From the NCBI GenBank assembly GCA_009914755.4, contig CP068257.2, positions 25,568,001-25,632,000 on the forward strand: a DNA stretch of 64,000 bases, written 5' to 3'. Both the position numbers and the translations under genes were made by a program. The notes under the pieces are model-generated. The model saw only the letters and a list, made by a program, of their open reading frames with translations, was not told where the DNA came from and did not search any database. The first letter of the stretch is position 1; every line of letters starts with the position of its first letter. This document shows positions 1-14,354 of the stretch, piece after piece. Origin of the DNA: the human T2T-CHM13v2.0 reference genome, Homo sapiens.

Positions 1-1890
1 GTATATATTTATACTTTCAGTATGTGTTAGTCATGCCAAGGACAGTTGCTTCTGCTTAGTTGCATTCTTTAGCTGGATTCAATTGTAGGTTTAGTGGATG
101 ATTTAAAATGAGCTCTAAAATAGCCCAGGGGTAGTACCAAATACACACTCAAAAGTTCCATTAATGCGTCAGATTAGGGAAGGCTTTGTAAAGCTTTCTG
201 GAAGGTTTTAAAGCTCTGAATTATCATCTTTGTTTTAAATTATCTTGTCATGGTGCTTGGTTTACCTGTCATTTTTTTTTAACTAAAAGATATATATGAT
301 ACAAATTTATCCCATATGTAAGTGTCAGTGTTTTGGGGATAACATTTAAAAGCAAGATCCATTAATAAAATCACCTTTGATTTTTGAACTGTATGTAGTT
401 CTTTGTTCGTATGAGCAATTCACAGCTACAGTTTAGTAAAAACTTGGCTTGAGGATGTTCACTTCTGAAAAAATTACTTAAAATGTATGAAATGTTATCG
501 CTGTAAGAACAGATGATTGGTTTCTTTAAAATTCCTAACATCAAACTGCCACAGCCAACAGAGGCCTAAGGCTTAAAGAGGCATGGCAAGTTAATGTAAT
601 GTGGTTTCCTAGATGGAATTCTACAACAGAAAAAATACATTCGATAAAAACTAAAGGAATCGAAATAAAGCATGGGCTTTAGTTAATAATAATGTTTCAA
701 TATTCATTCATTCATTGTAACAAATGTGCCATATTCATGCAAGATGTTAATATAAAAATTGTGTGTAACCATGCACATGAAAACTCTTTGTGCTATCTAT
801 GTAATTTTCTGTAAAACTAAAACTGTTCAAAAATAACCATTTTATTTTATTTTTTAAAAAATCTCACAACCTAAATCACTTTGAGATAGTCAGGTAATAA
901 ATGCCATTTTTTTTATTTTTAAAAATTATGTAATGGAATTGAGCTCATTACAAAATGCTTTTCTACATTGTAGCTGCCTCTCTTAAGATTAAAGTTTTTG
1001 CCTGTGTTTTTTAGACACAAGAAAGGATATCATAAACCCTTTTTACATTAATGATCATCTCCTTTGAGCCTCCTTTTTTTGACACCATTCTCCTCTGCTA
1101 ATAGGAGTATTATTTTCTGGGGTATCTACCCATGATCTGAACCTTTCCTATTAGAAACTCCAGTGGAGATGATGGTTGCGGAAACGGCACAGTTCAATGA
1201 ACAAGATTTAAATCCTGTCTTGCTCAGAACTAGTGATGTACTCTTAGTTACATTAATATACCATCTCCATGAGGTTTTATAGTCTTCACCTCTACAATGA
1301 GGCCAATAGTAACTACAACCTCATAAACATATTGTGAAGATTAAATCACATAATAGGGTTTAGAAAACTGCGTGGATCATGACAATCACACAATAAAGAC
1401 TATTACTGTTTCTCCCATGTGGCAGTGTTTAGAACATCCTTGCAGTAATCCCTGCTAATTTTTTACTTTAGCATATTTTTGCTACAGAATTTACCAAGAA
1501 TTTATACTCTCACATTTGGAAAATTAAATTTTCATTAGCTGTCATAAAATCAGCTCAAACATTGGCAGGTGGGTTACACAAATAATAAAAGTAACAAGAG
1601 AAAAGAAATAATATTAAGAAGAAAAAAGAATAAAAGGAAGAAGGAGGAAGTAGGAAAGATGTAATAAGCTTTTAGAGTGATCATCATTTTGCATATAAAA
1701 GGGGACTGAATGCTTTACCTACATAAGCCTGTAGAATCTTCCCAACATGCATGTGAGCTAGGCATGATTAATAGACCATTTAAAGTTGAGAATAATATGA
1801 CTAAAACAGTTTCAATAACCTGTCCAAAGACCAAAGCTAATAGTTCATGGGACCAGAATTCAAACTCTACTATCCTCAACACAGAGCCAC

Positions 1891-2263
1891 GGTCATATTG
1901 TTGGGCTCTGTGTCCATACCGAAAACTCATCTCCAATTGTAATCCCCACGTGTCGAGGGAGGGACCTGTTGGGAGGTGATTGGATTTTGGGGGCCATTTT
2001 CCCCATGCTGATCTTGTGATAGTGAGGGAGTTCTCATGAGATCTGCTGGTTTAAAAGTGGCAGTTTCCGCTGCCCTCTCTCTCTCTCTCCTGCTTCACCG
2101 TGTTAAGACATGCCTCGCTTCCCCCCTTGCCTTCCACCGTGATTGTAAGTTTCCTGAGGCCTCCCTAGCCATGAAGAACTGTGAATCAATTAAACTTTTT
2201 CTTTATAAATCTCCCAGTCTCAGGTATGTCTTTATAGCAGTGTGAAAATGGACTAATACACAA
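1891..2263 (+). mobile_element. ERVL-MaLR solo LTR, THE1-like
   Basis: Matches the THE1 LTR consensus from memory, from the 5' end (ggtcatattgttgggctctgtgtcc...ccccacgtgtcgagggagggacc) to the 3' terminus (cccagtctcaggtatgtctttatagcagtgtgaaaatggactaataca). The 2036-2245 ORF lies wholly inside it. Confidence 0.8.
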
Positions 2264-5200
2264 GGGCTGCCCTAACACCTTGACTCACTAAATATATCCA
2301 TCTTAGAGTCTTCTATGTAGGAATACTGTCTTCATTGTAGATACCAGGCCTACAATAATACCATGGATTTTGTTACTCTGCCAGTGGAAGCAGGATCTCC
2401 TCCCCACACCTACCTTAAAATGAAATACTCGTGACACTTATACATATCATGGTGGTCTGTAACTGGAGAGATTTTCTTATAGTCAAATGTGTTTTCTAAA
2501 CAGGTCAAACATTTAAGATACTAATATTGCCTCCCAAATTTTCAGCTCTTCACTGAATTTTAGCCTTGTAGTTCTTTCTCTTTCTGTTTTACATGAAGCA
2601 GGTTTGCTCTTTTATTTTCCTTTTTGCTACTGGATTTTTAAACAAAAGTCAGTAAAAGTTAACTGAGAATATTTTAACACTTTTTCTGGGAAGAGGTGCA
2701 GTCAGGCATAAGATTGTTAAAACATTTTGTAGCTTTGGCTTCACTCATTAAAATGTGTAGTATGAAGAATAAGCCTAGGGATTTTGTAATGAAATTATTT
2801 GATATATTCATGCTGTGTTTCATTATTCATAACAAAAAATATATCATCAGTGTGTCTTGAATTTTCTCTCTGATTCTCCACTTCTTTTTCCTTAAAGGAG
2901 AGAGAAGACCTCATTGCACAACCATTTCAGATGTGAATGTAGATATTAGAGTGGTACATCTGTTTCATGCATTAGGGAGCTTCTCTTGGGTCTATAAATA
3001 AGATCTCCACCGGTTCCATTAAATCCCAAAGTATGAATGGGCTTTTTTATGTCAAGTATGAACGAAATAGCATTTCCTTGGGTGTGGTAGGGAACACTGA
3101 TACACTCTTGGAGCTGAACATGCTAGCAGATTTCCTATCTATGCCATTGGCTCTGATTTTTCTCCCTTTGGAACAAGAGTTAGAAGCCAAGAGTTAGATT
3201 CTCTTTTCTTCCTGGAAATTCTCTTTATAACAGAATTGAAGTGGTTATTTGCAATTTATATGGAATACAAATGTGCATGTGTGTGTGTAAATATACGTTT
3301 TATTGGTAAAACAATCTGTTGGCTAAAAGAGTTTTAATGAGCTGTTGAAGTTGGGGATTAGTGCAAAATTCTTTTTAGGCATAGAAATCATAGAAGATAT
3401 TTTATTTTTCAAACATTTCTAAATGATTTTTTGGCTAAAAGATTTAAAAGGTCCCTGGAAAATAATTTTCAAAGTAGCATTAAACACATTAGAATGGGTT
3501 TGCAAATTCATTTCTCTATATTTCCTTCTCTGAATTTTTCTACATTTTGTTTCTTTATATTTTAATGGAGCTACATGATTTAAAAAGCAGAATTCAAAAT
3601 ATTTTGGTCTTGATTCATATTTTACTAGTTATAATGGTAAAATTTTCATTTTACTCCCTGAATAAATAAATAGTATCCAACTTAAAATATAAACTTGAAG
3701 ATTATCATTAGGATTTAGATAACATTGTCTGCATTGCGAACATAATAAGCATATTTCTATGAGAAAGTTCAGAACTAATGAGATCCACTAAAGATAAAGT
3801 CATATTTACTTTCTCCTCCTGTGACCACAAAAAGCAGATAATGCTTCCTAATGAATCCAAGCTATCTATTTCTTGTTATTGCTAGATTTATGTCTTAGCA
3901 ATGAGATGCATTGACTCCAGGATTCCAGGTCTCTGAGAAAGCTTTGGAAAGGGGCTTCTTGAGCTTATTGTTACTTCAAGCCACTGAATCTTACTCCCTC
4001 TTGTGGGCTCCTAGAGGTGCTAGAAAGAGTTATGCATGGTAGATATAGAAGGTATATAAATGATCATTACATTCCCAAAAGCTTCCTCTATTAAAAAAGA
4101 AAACATATTTTTCTTCCACAAAATAGGATATGTGCATTTCACACCCACCCTTCACTATTATTCAACTGATTATAACAAACCAGTATTTTACATAGAAAGT
4201 ATACTTGGCTTCACTGGTTGGAGGAATTTTTGTATGCTTTGGTCTTTCCAGGTCCTTAGTACAACTGGATCTTCAGAGGATCAAAGAAAAGCTCTCATTT
4301 AGTATCATTTCACCTTTGAAAGAACATTCTATTTTTCTTTATGGTAATTCAAATCAAATAATGTTTAATTGATGTGTTATATTTCAATTCCATAGTTATA
4401 TTATGTAAGGCTACGCAAATGTTGTTTTCACTGAATATTTGTGTTGTATTCTTTCTTATGTAATAGCTAATGTTTTCTTAACAAAATGACAAGTCCATAT
4501 ATAATAATGCCACTAAACACCTAAGGATTAAACAGCACTAGTAGTTAAAATAATGATGAATATTTGGCAGACAATAAGGGAAAAATGAAGCCACATTCTA
4601 GAAACAAATATATCTGTTTGTCATGGTGAATGCTATGAGTTTGTATTGAACTTTTCAGTGCCAAAACCAAAAGACAAATCTCTGTTCTTTAATTGAAACT
4701 GAGCTGTATTGAAGGCAATGATTAGTTAATGACCGGGTCCCCAGATGCAACTATCAATAGAGTATGAAGCAATTAAGAGAAATATCAGGATTTATAGAAA
4801 GTGTCAATATTCCATGAAATGTCACTCAATTGTATATTTCTGGGAGGTCAGACACTTAATTCCTTTCACATATGGTGCATTTTATCTGTGTTGAATTTTT
4901 AGTGCACCAGATACAAATGGAGTTAGCTTGCATTAACGTGGCTCCTTAAATATTATTACTCAGCATGACTACATGATAAAAACTAATCTTTCTTTTTACT
5001 AAGCATATGGGCTTTTTTCTATGGAAAGCAGCTGTGGCTAATTCAGTCACATCTAAGAGTAACTCCCACCTGTCAAAAGTATTTGAATCCATTTATTCTT
5101 CCATAATTAGAACATTCTATTGACTTTTTGCTATCTAAAGCAGGGCATAGTTCCGCTTTTATGAAACCTAAGTTATTAAAATTATAGTTTAATGTGTTAT

Positions 5201-6353
5201 CATTATAATTTTGTATCCACCAAATACAAGGAAAACAATTCGAGAAAAAATAAAATTATTTCATGAAAAGCAGTTACTACTTACTTTATACAAATACAAA
5301 CGTGTATTATGTTTGTGCAAGCATGTAAGTTTATGTTTGTCAATTAGCATGCAAATGAATTTCTTCAAAAATGATTTAAAAATTATTAAAATCCATAAGC
5401 ACTGCCTCCATTGAACCATGCAAAATGAGGGGCAGATGTGTATGGCACAAATCTAGGGCCAGACAAGTGGCTTCCATGAGGTACTTTCAGAATTTGGGAA
5501 GTTCAATGCAAATAGATTCACTTCCCATGAGCCAGTGCCTCTTACATACATCACTGGTCCAGGGTGGATGGTTGAAAAATTCTTTATCTTTACATCTGAA
5601 GACTTGGAGTCCCGTGTCCCAAGGTCAGGGGATAGTAGAAATTCAAATGCAAATATGCATATATAAAATCTATCTTTCTCACTTATACACTTCTCAGGCA
5701 GTTATTACCCTTTGGTGAGATTTCCCAGACTGTCCTCTCACAGCTCTGTATCTCTTTCTGCCCATGAGGTTTGGGGTGGGAGTGGAGAAGGAATGAGAAA
5801 GTAGAAAACTGATATGGGATTTTAGCAGCACGGTGGGGTAATGAGTGGATGTGTATTAAAATGTCCCTCTATAAGTGAACAAGCTTCAGGTCATTTCTGC
5901 CTGACTAATGAGAGCTCAATAGGATCTCCCACAATCTCACCCCCTATTGCTGCCTTGAGACAGTACCTTGTCCTTTGTGTAGGATAATGTGTGGGCAGCT
6001 TTACCATAATAGATGTCATTCAAAGGAGGGACAACCAAAAGCTGAATGCTGCCTGCGTTGCAGTCTTGGTTTAGTTTCCTAAACCCTTCACCAGAGGAAA
6101 ACAATAGTGTAAATGACTAACTTCCGTGACTAGCATAGAAGTATATTTAACAGATATGTGTTGGATGTATAGTTCATTCATATACTAATAACTGACAATA
6201 GTTCTCGAAGACCTAGAGTTTATTTATCATTATTGCAAGCCCTGTGGAGAATACAAATGAAATAAAGAACAAGCCAACAAGCCTTGATTATGGCTACAGA
6301 GTTTGACTTATACATATTGTGGCCCAGTACATTCATTTCAATCCTGAGTGTGT

Positions 6354-6411
6354 TTAAAAAAAAAAATCCCATGGCAATCCTACCTTTGCTTTTTTTTTTT
6401 TTTTTTGGAAA
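6354..6411. repeat. poly(A) and poly(T) homopolymer tracts
   Basis: An A13 run and a T18 run separated by about 25 bp. Confidence 0.9.
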
Positions 6412-8029
6412 AAGAACAAACTACAACTAATAAATAGAGGAATGTCATTTCAAAAGAGTTATAATAAACCATTTCCTAATAAGATACATGAGTAATTTAT
6501 TATTTTCTTTATAAGCAAAAAGAAGTTTAAATAACTGAATTTTAATTTTAAAATAGTGCCTTATAAACTTTAAAATAACTAGTAATTTTCCTCCATTCCT
6601 TTACAATATACTACAAGATGTCTAAGTAATTCACATTCATAGACAAGTCACCACTGAAGAAGTGCTATCATATAGCAATTGAGGAGTGTTAGCTATATCT
6701 CACCATTAACAATGGGGACAGTCTGATTCTACTTTAATCTACAACACATACTTATTTTTTAAATCTACATCTTTGAAATTTTATGTCAAAACTACATGGA
6801 TGAACATGTATAGTTTTATACACTATAGGTTGTAGGGTTGACCAAATAATTCACAGCAAGAAAAATTGGTATTATTGAAAATAAGCTATTACTTATAATG
6901 TAAAAGCAAAAATTGCTGCAATCAATAAGTAACCACAATCAATTTAAGTTAACACGGAATGCACTGATAGCATATGATGTTTTTAAAATAGAGTAATTCC
7001 AACTATTCTTTCTACACAAAGCCTGTATGGCAGTCAGAAGTCTTAGAAGATTATGAAAATACTTAGGAACTCTTTGTAATGTATTAAATTTTGTTATGAC
7101 TACAAGAATTTAGTAACCTCTAAAAGGTGGTCCTAGATAGCTTTTAGTTGTGCATACAACCTATAGCCTATTGACCTGTTAATCATTTAACAATAAGGAT
7201 TTAGGACATTGGGAGGGCTTCTGACCCCACTACTATTCATGCCCTGAAAACAGCCTTATGGAGGTGGCAGGATAATAATTCATGAGTCAGTGAGTGTAAT
7301 TTATATGTTGGTATATGTCAGTCACAATACATTGAATTTTTTGTGACATTTTTCAGAGCAGTAACTATAAAAAAGTGAATTCTAAAGAAAACAAAAGAGT
7401 TGAAGGAAAACAAGATGTTTTATAGCTGGTGCTGGTGCAGAGCAAAACCCTCTCTGCTTGACGGTTAGCAACTGAAACACAGTTTTGATTGATACTTCTT
7501 TGGGCCATCTCTTTTATAAATGATAATGACAAACCATAACATAATTTTTAAAAAGAAAAGAGAGGAAAGGACATTTGGGCTTTCTTTCAGTAGTTAATCA
7601 TGGGAAAGCTAAGGAAGGAAGCCTTCCTGGGTGGAGGGAATGATGTAGTCCATTGCCCGCTCTCTCTGGGACACCCCTCTCTCTGGGACTAGCTGAGAAC
7701 AAGTAGGGACTAACTACTTTTGGCAAAACAACTGTCACAAGCCAGAAATGAAACAAAGGTCCCTACTTATAAGGAAACAGAAAGAGATGAGTGACCTAAG
7801 GCCTAAACTTCAAAGCAGTATCTTTGGAGTATTTTCTAAGGAAAATCAAGCAAGCTCTGAATAAAATGACTCATTTATTTCCTTCTCCTGTCTTTGGGAT
7901 TGTCAAACGTCAATATGTTGAAGTTATGCTTACTAAAATGCAAAAATGCTGGTATTTCATTAATTGAGGCAGAATGCTCATACTTGTTCCCCAACTGATG
8001 CTATCAAGAGAGAAGGGTCGATGAGCTAC

Positions 8030-9320
8030 ACTTTGAGAAGCATTCCTGCCTCTCTCTACCCTCCTTCTTTGGGAGATCACCTCCCTCATACTTCACAGGG
8101 AAAACTGAAGAAATCAGCGTAAAGTTGCCTGAACTTCTCACTCTATAAAAATATTCACATTTGCAGCCATCCATTCTTTCTAACTGTCAGATAGGGGCAA
8201 TGTGGCCTTTGTTCTGTTCCAGACTAATCTTCTCTCCTCTCTCCCACCCACTCTTATTTGCAGAGGGTCAACATGAATCTATACCCTTTCTTTCTCTCTC
8301 TCCCATTTGGTGGTTTTCCATCAGCTTTTAAACATCCATATCCTCCACCTCAACGTATCATCCCTTGATTATCCTCTGTTCATCCTTCAATCTCCCTCTA
8401 TCTCTCTGTTTTCAATTGTACATTTGGAAAACATTTACCTATGCTCATTGCCTCTATTACTTTCCCATTCATCAACTCCTTATCCGCCTTTTCCTGGCTT
8501 ATGCCAATGTATCCTCTAAAACTCCTCTAACAAGACCTGTTAGCTCCATGTCAGCACTGCTTTGGAAACTTTTTAGATCAAGCTTATTGAATTTCTTAAG
8601 TTTACCTCTCCCCTTTTCGTGACATATTGTTTTCTCTTTGTTTTCTTGGCATGTAAACAAACAAACAAACAAAATGGTTGTGCTTCTGTCTCTCTCAGAA
8701 GAGGCTTTCAGTTTTTTTGAGTCTCTTAGGCCAGTTGTCTTCCTGTTACACAATTATTCAACATCGAGTATCCTCTTAAACTTTTTTCACTGCTTGTTTT
8801 AAACCCTATTTCTATGTGGTCTCATTAATATAGTTATGTATATGCTAACAAGTCCCAAAGGTACATCCATTAGCTTGACTTGTTTTCTTAGTTCTAGACC
8901 TAGATGGCTACTTGTCATTCCTTACACATATATCTCACAGATACCTCAAACTTACTAAGTACAAAGTTACACTCATGATCTCTTTATAACTGTTAGTATT
9001 TGATATTTTGTTTCTTATTTTATGACCAGAAGATACCAGTTGTTCAGGCCAGAATTCTGAGAGTCATCATTTACTTCTCTATTAATATAATCCCCCCATA
9101 CAAATAATAAATGCCGTTAACCTACATCATAAATATGTTTTTAATTCACTTATTTGTCTCTTATCTCTACTCACACCCACCATTGCCATCTAGGCCAACT
9201 CCATTTATTGACAGGATGAATACAACTATATTTTCATAACTGTCTATCTTACATCAATTATTGTCACCTTTCAACTTATTTTCTCTATCTTTGACCAATG
9301 ACCTTACAAACGTGAAGTTT
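8030..9320. repeat. ancient interspersed repeat, possibly L2-like (tentative)
   Basis: CT-rich sequence with the word-like texture typical of old LINE/L2 3' regions. I cannot confirm a consensus match. Confidence 0.2.
8655..8674 (+). repeat. (CAAA)n microsatellite
   Basis: aaacaaacaaacaaacaaaa. Confidence 0.9.
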
Positions 9321-9758
9321 GTCATTCTCTGGTTTTAAAAAGAAGTCATGAACTCAAGTGTGCCAAGATCCAGGCCAACACATGAGTGAGTTGAGGACTG
9401 TTGAACTTGAGATTTTATGGTATCCTCTCTAAAGGGGCAGACACTACTTAACTTTGGCTGATTGTTCCCCATAGAAATACATGGTCAGTGTTTCCTGGTC
9501 ATCTATTTTTTTTCAAGAGAAGAGGTACTTACATGTAAGTATTTGTTTAATATATCATTCCCTACTGTGCTCTCAGCACCATGAAAGCTGGGGCCTCAGC
9601 TATCTTTTTCACTGCCTGGCACATAACATGCATTCAGAAAATATTTTTTTTCAACAAGTAAATGCATGAGTCAAATCAAGAGAAGAACAGAGGAGAAAGT
9701 GAGTCATAATGCCTACAATGGCCAAAATATTGGCTAACATAGCTGAATAATTTTGAAA

Positions 9759-9920
9759 TTTTTTATTTTTTTCAGAGACAAGGTATTGTTCTGTCCCTCA
9801 GGCTGGAGTGCAATGTCACAATCATATCTCACTACAACCTCGAACTCCGGGGCTCAAGCAATCCACCCACCTAAGTCTCTGAAATACATGGGGCTACAGG
9901 AGTGAGACACCGTGCCCAGC
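9759..9920 (-). mobile_element. free Alu monomer (FRAM/FLAM-like) or truncated Alu
   Basis: A single monomer of about 150 bp on the minus strand: poly-T, then gagacaaggtattgttctgtccctcaggctggagtgcaatg...gggctacaggagtgagacaccgtgcccagc. Confidence 0.7.
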
Positions 9921-10552
9921 TTTTATAGCCGAATCTCGAAAAGTGAATAGGATTTTCTCAGTTACACATTGTGAGGAAGTATATTTCAGGCTGGAAAAGA
10001 ACATGTGCAAATATACAGTTGTATGCAATCATATGATCTATTAAGGGAACTCTAAGACATTTGGTGCTGATAAGATACGGTCAAGGGATGGGGTAGCTGC
10101 AGATTGAAACAGTGAAGTCCCAGAGAGCTCAAGTGGACAGTTATGCCGTATCTCAGCATTTGAACTCCATCTGACGAGTTAGAGAGCCAAAGATTCACCT
10201 TTTAGAAAAATAGTTGTATCAACATTATGAAGAATGAATTCTAGGAGAAAGAGGCCAGAAGAAGGAATGCTGGTTAAGAAACTATTACAGTTACTCATGT
10301 AGAAAATGATAAAGGAATTAGTTGAAGAAACAGCATGGAGCTGGTGGAGGTGGATTTGAGAGACAATTAGGAGTAGAATCCAAAAGCTCTACAAGCCACC
10401 CCCTTAGCACAACGGCCACACTAGTTATTTGCTATTCTTAGATAAACATTGCATTTTGTTGCCTCTGTGTGTCTCCTCAAGCTACTCTCTACACCTGAAC
10501 TGGATTTGTGTTACCCAAGAAGGGTAATAAATATGACTTTATTTGTTCTTTA

Positions 10553-10705
10553 AGGTTTTGATTCTCAAAGTGTGGTTTCAGAACCAACAGCAATGACCTC
10601 ACCTGAGAGCTTATTAGAAATGCAGAATCTCAGGTCCCATCCAGACCCTAGTGAATCAGAAACTGCATATTGACAAAATCCTCAGGAGATTCATACCTAC
10701 ACTAG
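10553..10705 (+). mobile_element. hAT-Charlie non-autonomous DNA transposon, MER5A-like
   Basis: ctcaaagtgtggtttcagaaccaacagcaatgacctcacctgagagcttattagaaatgcagaatctcaggtcccatccagaccctagtgaatcagaaactgc matches the MER5A consensus from memory. Confidence 0.65.
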
Positions 10706-12357
10706 CCCACACTAGAATTTCACAAGCCCTGTTTAAATCTCAGCTTAAACCTCACTTAATCCAAGAAACCCTTTTTGGTTTTCCTGATCTTTCTGATTCA
10801 TTAAAATAAATAAAGCTGACTAGTATTATGTTTAACAGTTTCTAGGTATCAGTTTCACTTATATCATGGTTATTTATACATGTGCCATTTGCCTTTTACT
10901 CCTTCCTAAATTATTAGCTCTAGGAGGCAGGAGCAGATCCCAATCCCATTGGTATTACCCATAGCTCCTATTCAAGACTTGACTTCTGATAGGCTTTCCC
11001 CAGAGATAGTGATGGTGACTTCTCTTGCTTCACTTGGCAGGCAAGTTGAGTCTCCAAGTCTTATGATAATGCATCATGCTGATTTCCTGACTTTCTTTGT
11101 CCATCCCTTGATAATGATCTCTTGGCTTTAGTAAAGCACTGTCCATGTTTAATTAATTAAATTCCTCTATTTGTATTTGGAAGTGTTAGAGATGCAAAAT
11201 TTATTCATTTAAAAAACACAAAGGATCTAGACAATCTTACAAGGGACTTCTTAGCAGTAGTCTTCAAAATGTAATATTTTGCTGAATTTTGGTAATATTG
11301 GCTTGAAAGAAATCTCTTTCAGAGCTCACCATACTGTCAGCATGACTGAAAGGAATTAATACATTTTTCTATCATAAAAGCACTGAATTTCCTGTGGCCA
11401 ATGTGATATAACCAGCACCCTTCTGAATTATTTTCCATTTGTTTTATGTTTAAAATTTAGAAGAAAATACAACGTGGTAGACTAGGCTAAATTTAACATA
11501 TAATCCTGTGAAAGTTTTCCTTTTTTGGATGGCATATTGAGTTAAGGTTTTTTAAAAAGTGAGTCCCTCAAAACATCATTCTCTCTTAAGCAGCAGCGTG
11601 TACTTTGAATGGTTTGGAACTAAGTGTTTTAGATTAAAAAAAAAAGTCTTTCTTAAATAACATGCAGCTAACAGCTGGAAAAAGGGTAGTGAAGCGGTAA
11701 ACTGTCCATTATGTTTAAAGAACAACTTGGCTAAAATCCTTCCTTCTCATTAAAATCACTGAGTGTGCCTTCAGAATTTATGTAACTGTACTTAGGGTTT
11801 CTGTTAAACCCATTTATTATTTTTTTTTTCATTTCTAATCTAGACTAAATAATTAATCCATGTCAATTTAGAATTCCTTACTACTTTTTAAAAGTGTATG
11901 TTAGCCTATTTTTAGTTTCCATGAGAATTAGTAATAATGAATTTTCAGAAAGTAAAAATAATGAGGCTTTCTGGAAGAAACCACTGGATGTTTTACAAGT
12001 TAGCAAGGTGTGCTTTCAGTTTAAAATCATTCCACTGTGTTTCTTGTGAGGTTTCTAAAAAATCAGATAGAACTTTAAATGACATTCAGAGTTGAGGAAA
12101 GAGGTGAGGAGAAAAGGAAGCAGCACCCATTATTATGGATTTGAGTAATTCATCGAGTGATTCAGATGTAGTAGTTCTATTACCATTTTCTTTGACATGG
12201 TCCAAAAGCAAAGGTCAAGGTCGCTACACTTGTGTCCTTTACCCAATGCCACAGTCAGTTTAGAAAACTGTGCTTTAACTTACAATGATAACATCAGAGT
12301 GGGCTTTAAATTCAGATCCACCTATAGGTTTAAGACTCATTAGATTTATCCTTGTCC

Positions 12358-12697
<340 letters not shown>

Positions 12698-12778
12698 TTA
12701 TAGTTGCTCTTTGAAGATAATGGATATTTTTTCTATGCCTTCTATTTTCTATATATCTTCTTGCCCCATTCCACTCTC

Positions 12779-12815
12779 TGCCTCCTTAGTTTTCTCTTTT
12801 TCTTTTTCTTTTTTC
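12779..12815. repeat. (TCTTT)n-like pyrimidine low-complexity tract
   Basis: tctctttttctttttcttttttcttttt immediately upstream of the poly-T tail of the antisense Alu. Confidence 0.8.
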
Positions 12816-13087
12816 TTTTTTTTTTTTTTTTTTTTTTTTGCAGTGGCTTAATCTTGGCTCACTGCAGTCTCTGCCTTCGGGGCTCAAGTGCGTCTCCTGC
12901 TTCAGCCTCCTGAGTACCTGGGATTACAGGCCCCTGCCACCATGCCTGGCTAATTTTTGTAGTTTTAGTAGAGACGGGGTTTCACCATGTTGTCCAGACT
13001 GGTCTCGAACTCCTGACCTCAGGTGATCCACCTACCTCGGCCTCCTAAAATGCTGGGATTACAGGCATGAACCACCGCACCCAGCCC
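12816..13087 (-). mobile_element. Alu (S-type), antisense, with 24-nt poly-T (A-tail)
   Basis: Poly-T followed by gcagtggcttaatcttggctcactgcag...ggattacaggcatgaaccaccgcacccagccc. Confidence 0.92.
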
Positions 13088-13932
13088 TTTGTTTACTTTT
13101 ATCCATTTGTTTTATGTTTAAAATTTTATGAGAAAACAGCATTGTAGAATAGACACTTTTTTTTTCTTTTTCTTGCTTTAGGTTTTCTGAATTTCTGGCA
13201 TCTGGAACTTAGGAAACTATCAGCCATTATTTATTTGAATATTCCTTCTGCCACATTTTCTGTCTCTTCTAACCATGACACTCCAGTTAAATGTATGTTG
13301 AAAGTTTCATGCATATTCTCACTTTTTTTTAATGATCTGTGCTGTTTCATTTATTCCTCTTTTTTTGGCATATGTTTCTGTTTAGGAATTTTTGTCCTAA
13401 CATGTCATTTAGTTCAAAACTAATGTATATAGTCTTATGTTAAAGCCATCATTGTATCAATCTTAGATATTATATTTTTAGTTTTAGAATGCCCATTTGA
13501 ATCTTTTTTATTAAATCCAAATTTTGGTCAAAATTATCCATCCTTTCATCTATTCTTTCCATTCTTTTTTTAATTTTCTAGCTTGTATTATTTCTATAGT
13601 TATCAGCCCTGTTATTTTCACAGTCATTAAGTAAAGTCCACATTTTATTATTCCAATAACTGGCTCTTCTATTTCCATTGTCTGTACTATTTTTGATCAT
13701 GTTTCCATTTATCATATTGATTTATAATTTTAATATAATGCACAATATGGTGTATAAAAATCATATAGTCTTTGGATGATGTTATCTTCTTCCACAAAAG
13801 GTTGACCCTGAATTCAAGCAGGCAGCTTAAGGGGGAGCAAGTCTCCCTAATCCAATTAAGGACTGAGCTGAGTCCAGACATTTTTTTGCAGTTTGGTGAA
13901 GCTCATTCAATTACTCTTTCAATTTGATCTAA

Positions 13933-14354
<422 letters not shown>

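Noticed and set aside
1681-1700. Polypurine-tract-like aaaaggggga upstream of the THE1 LTR
   Set aside because: It is ~190 bp upstream of the LTR 5' end rather than abutting it. I see no recognisable THE1 internal sequence, so this is a solo LTR and the purine run is incidental.
1710-2245. ORFs 1710-1979, 1715-1936 and 2036-2245
   Set aside because: They lie within or straddle the THE1-like LTR. They are LTR reading frames with no coding evidence.
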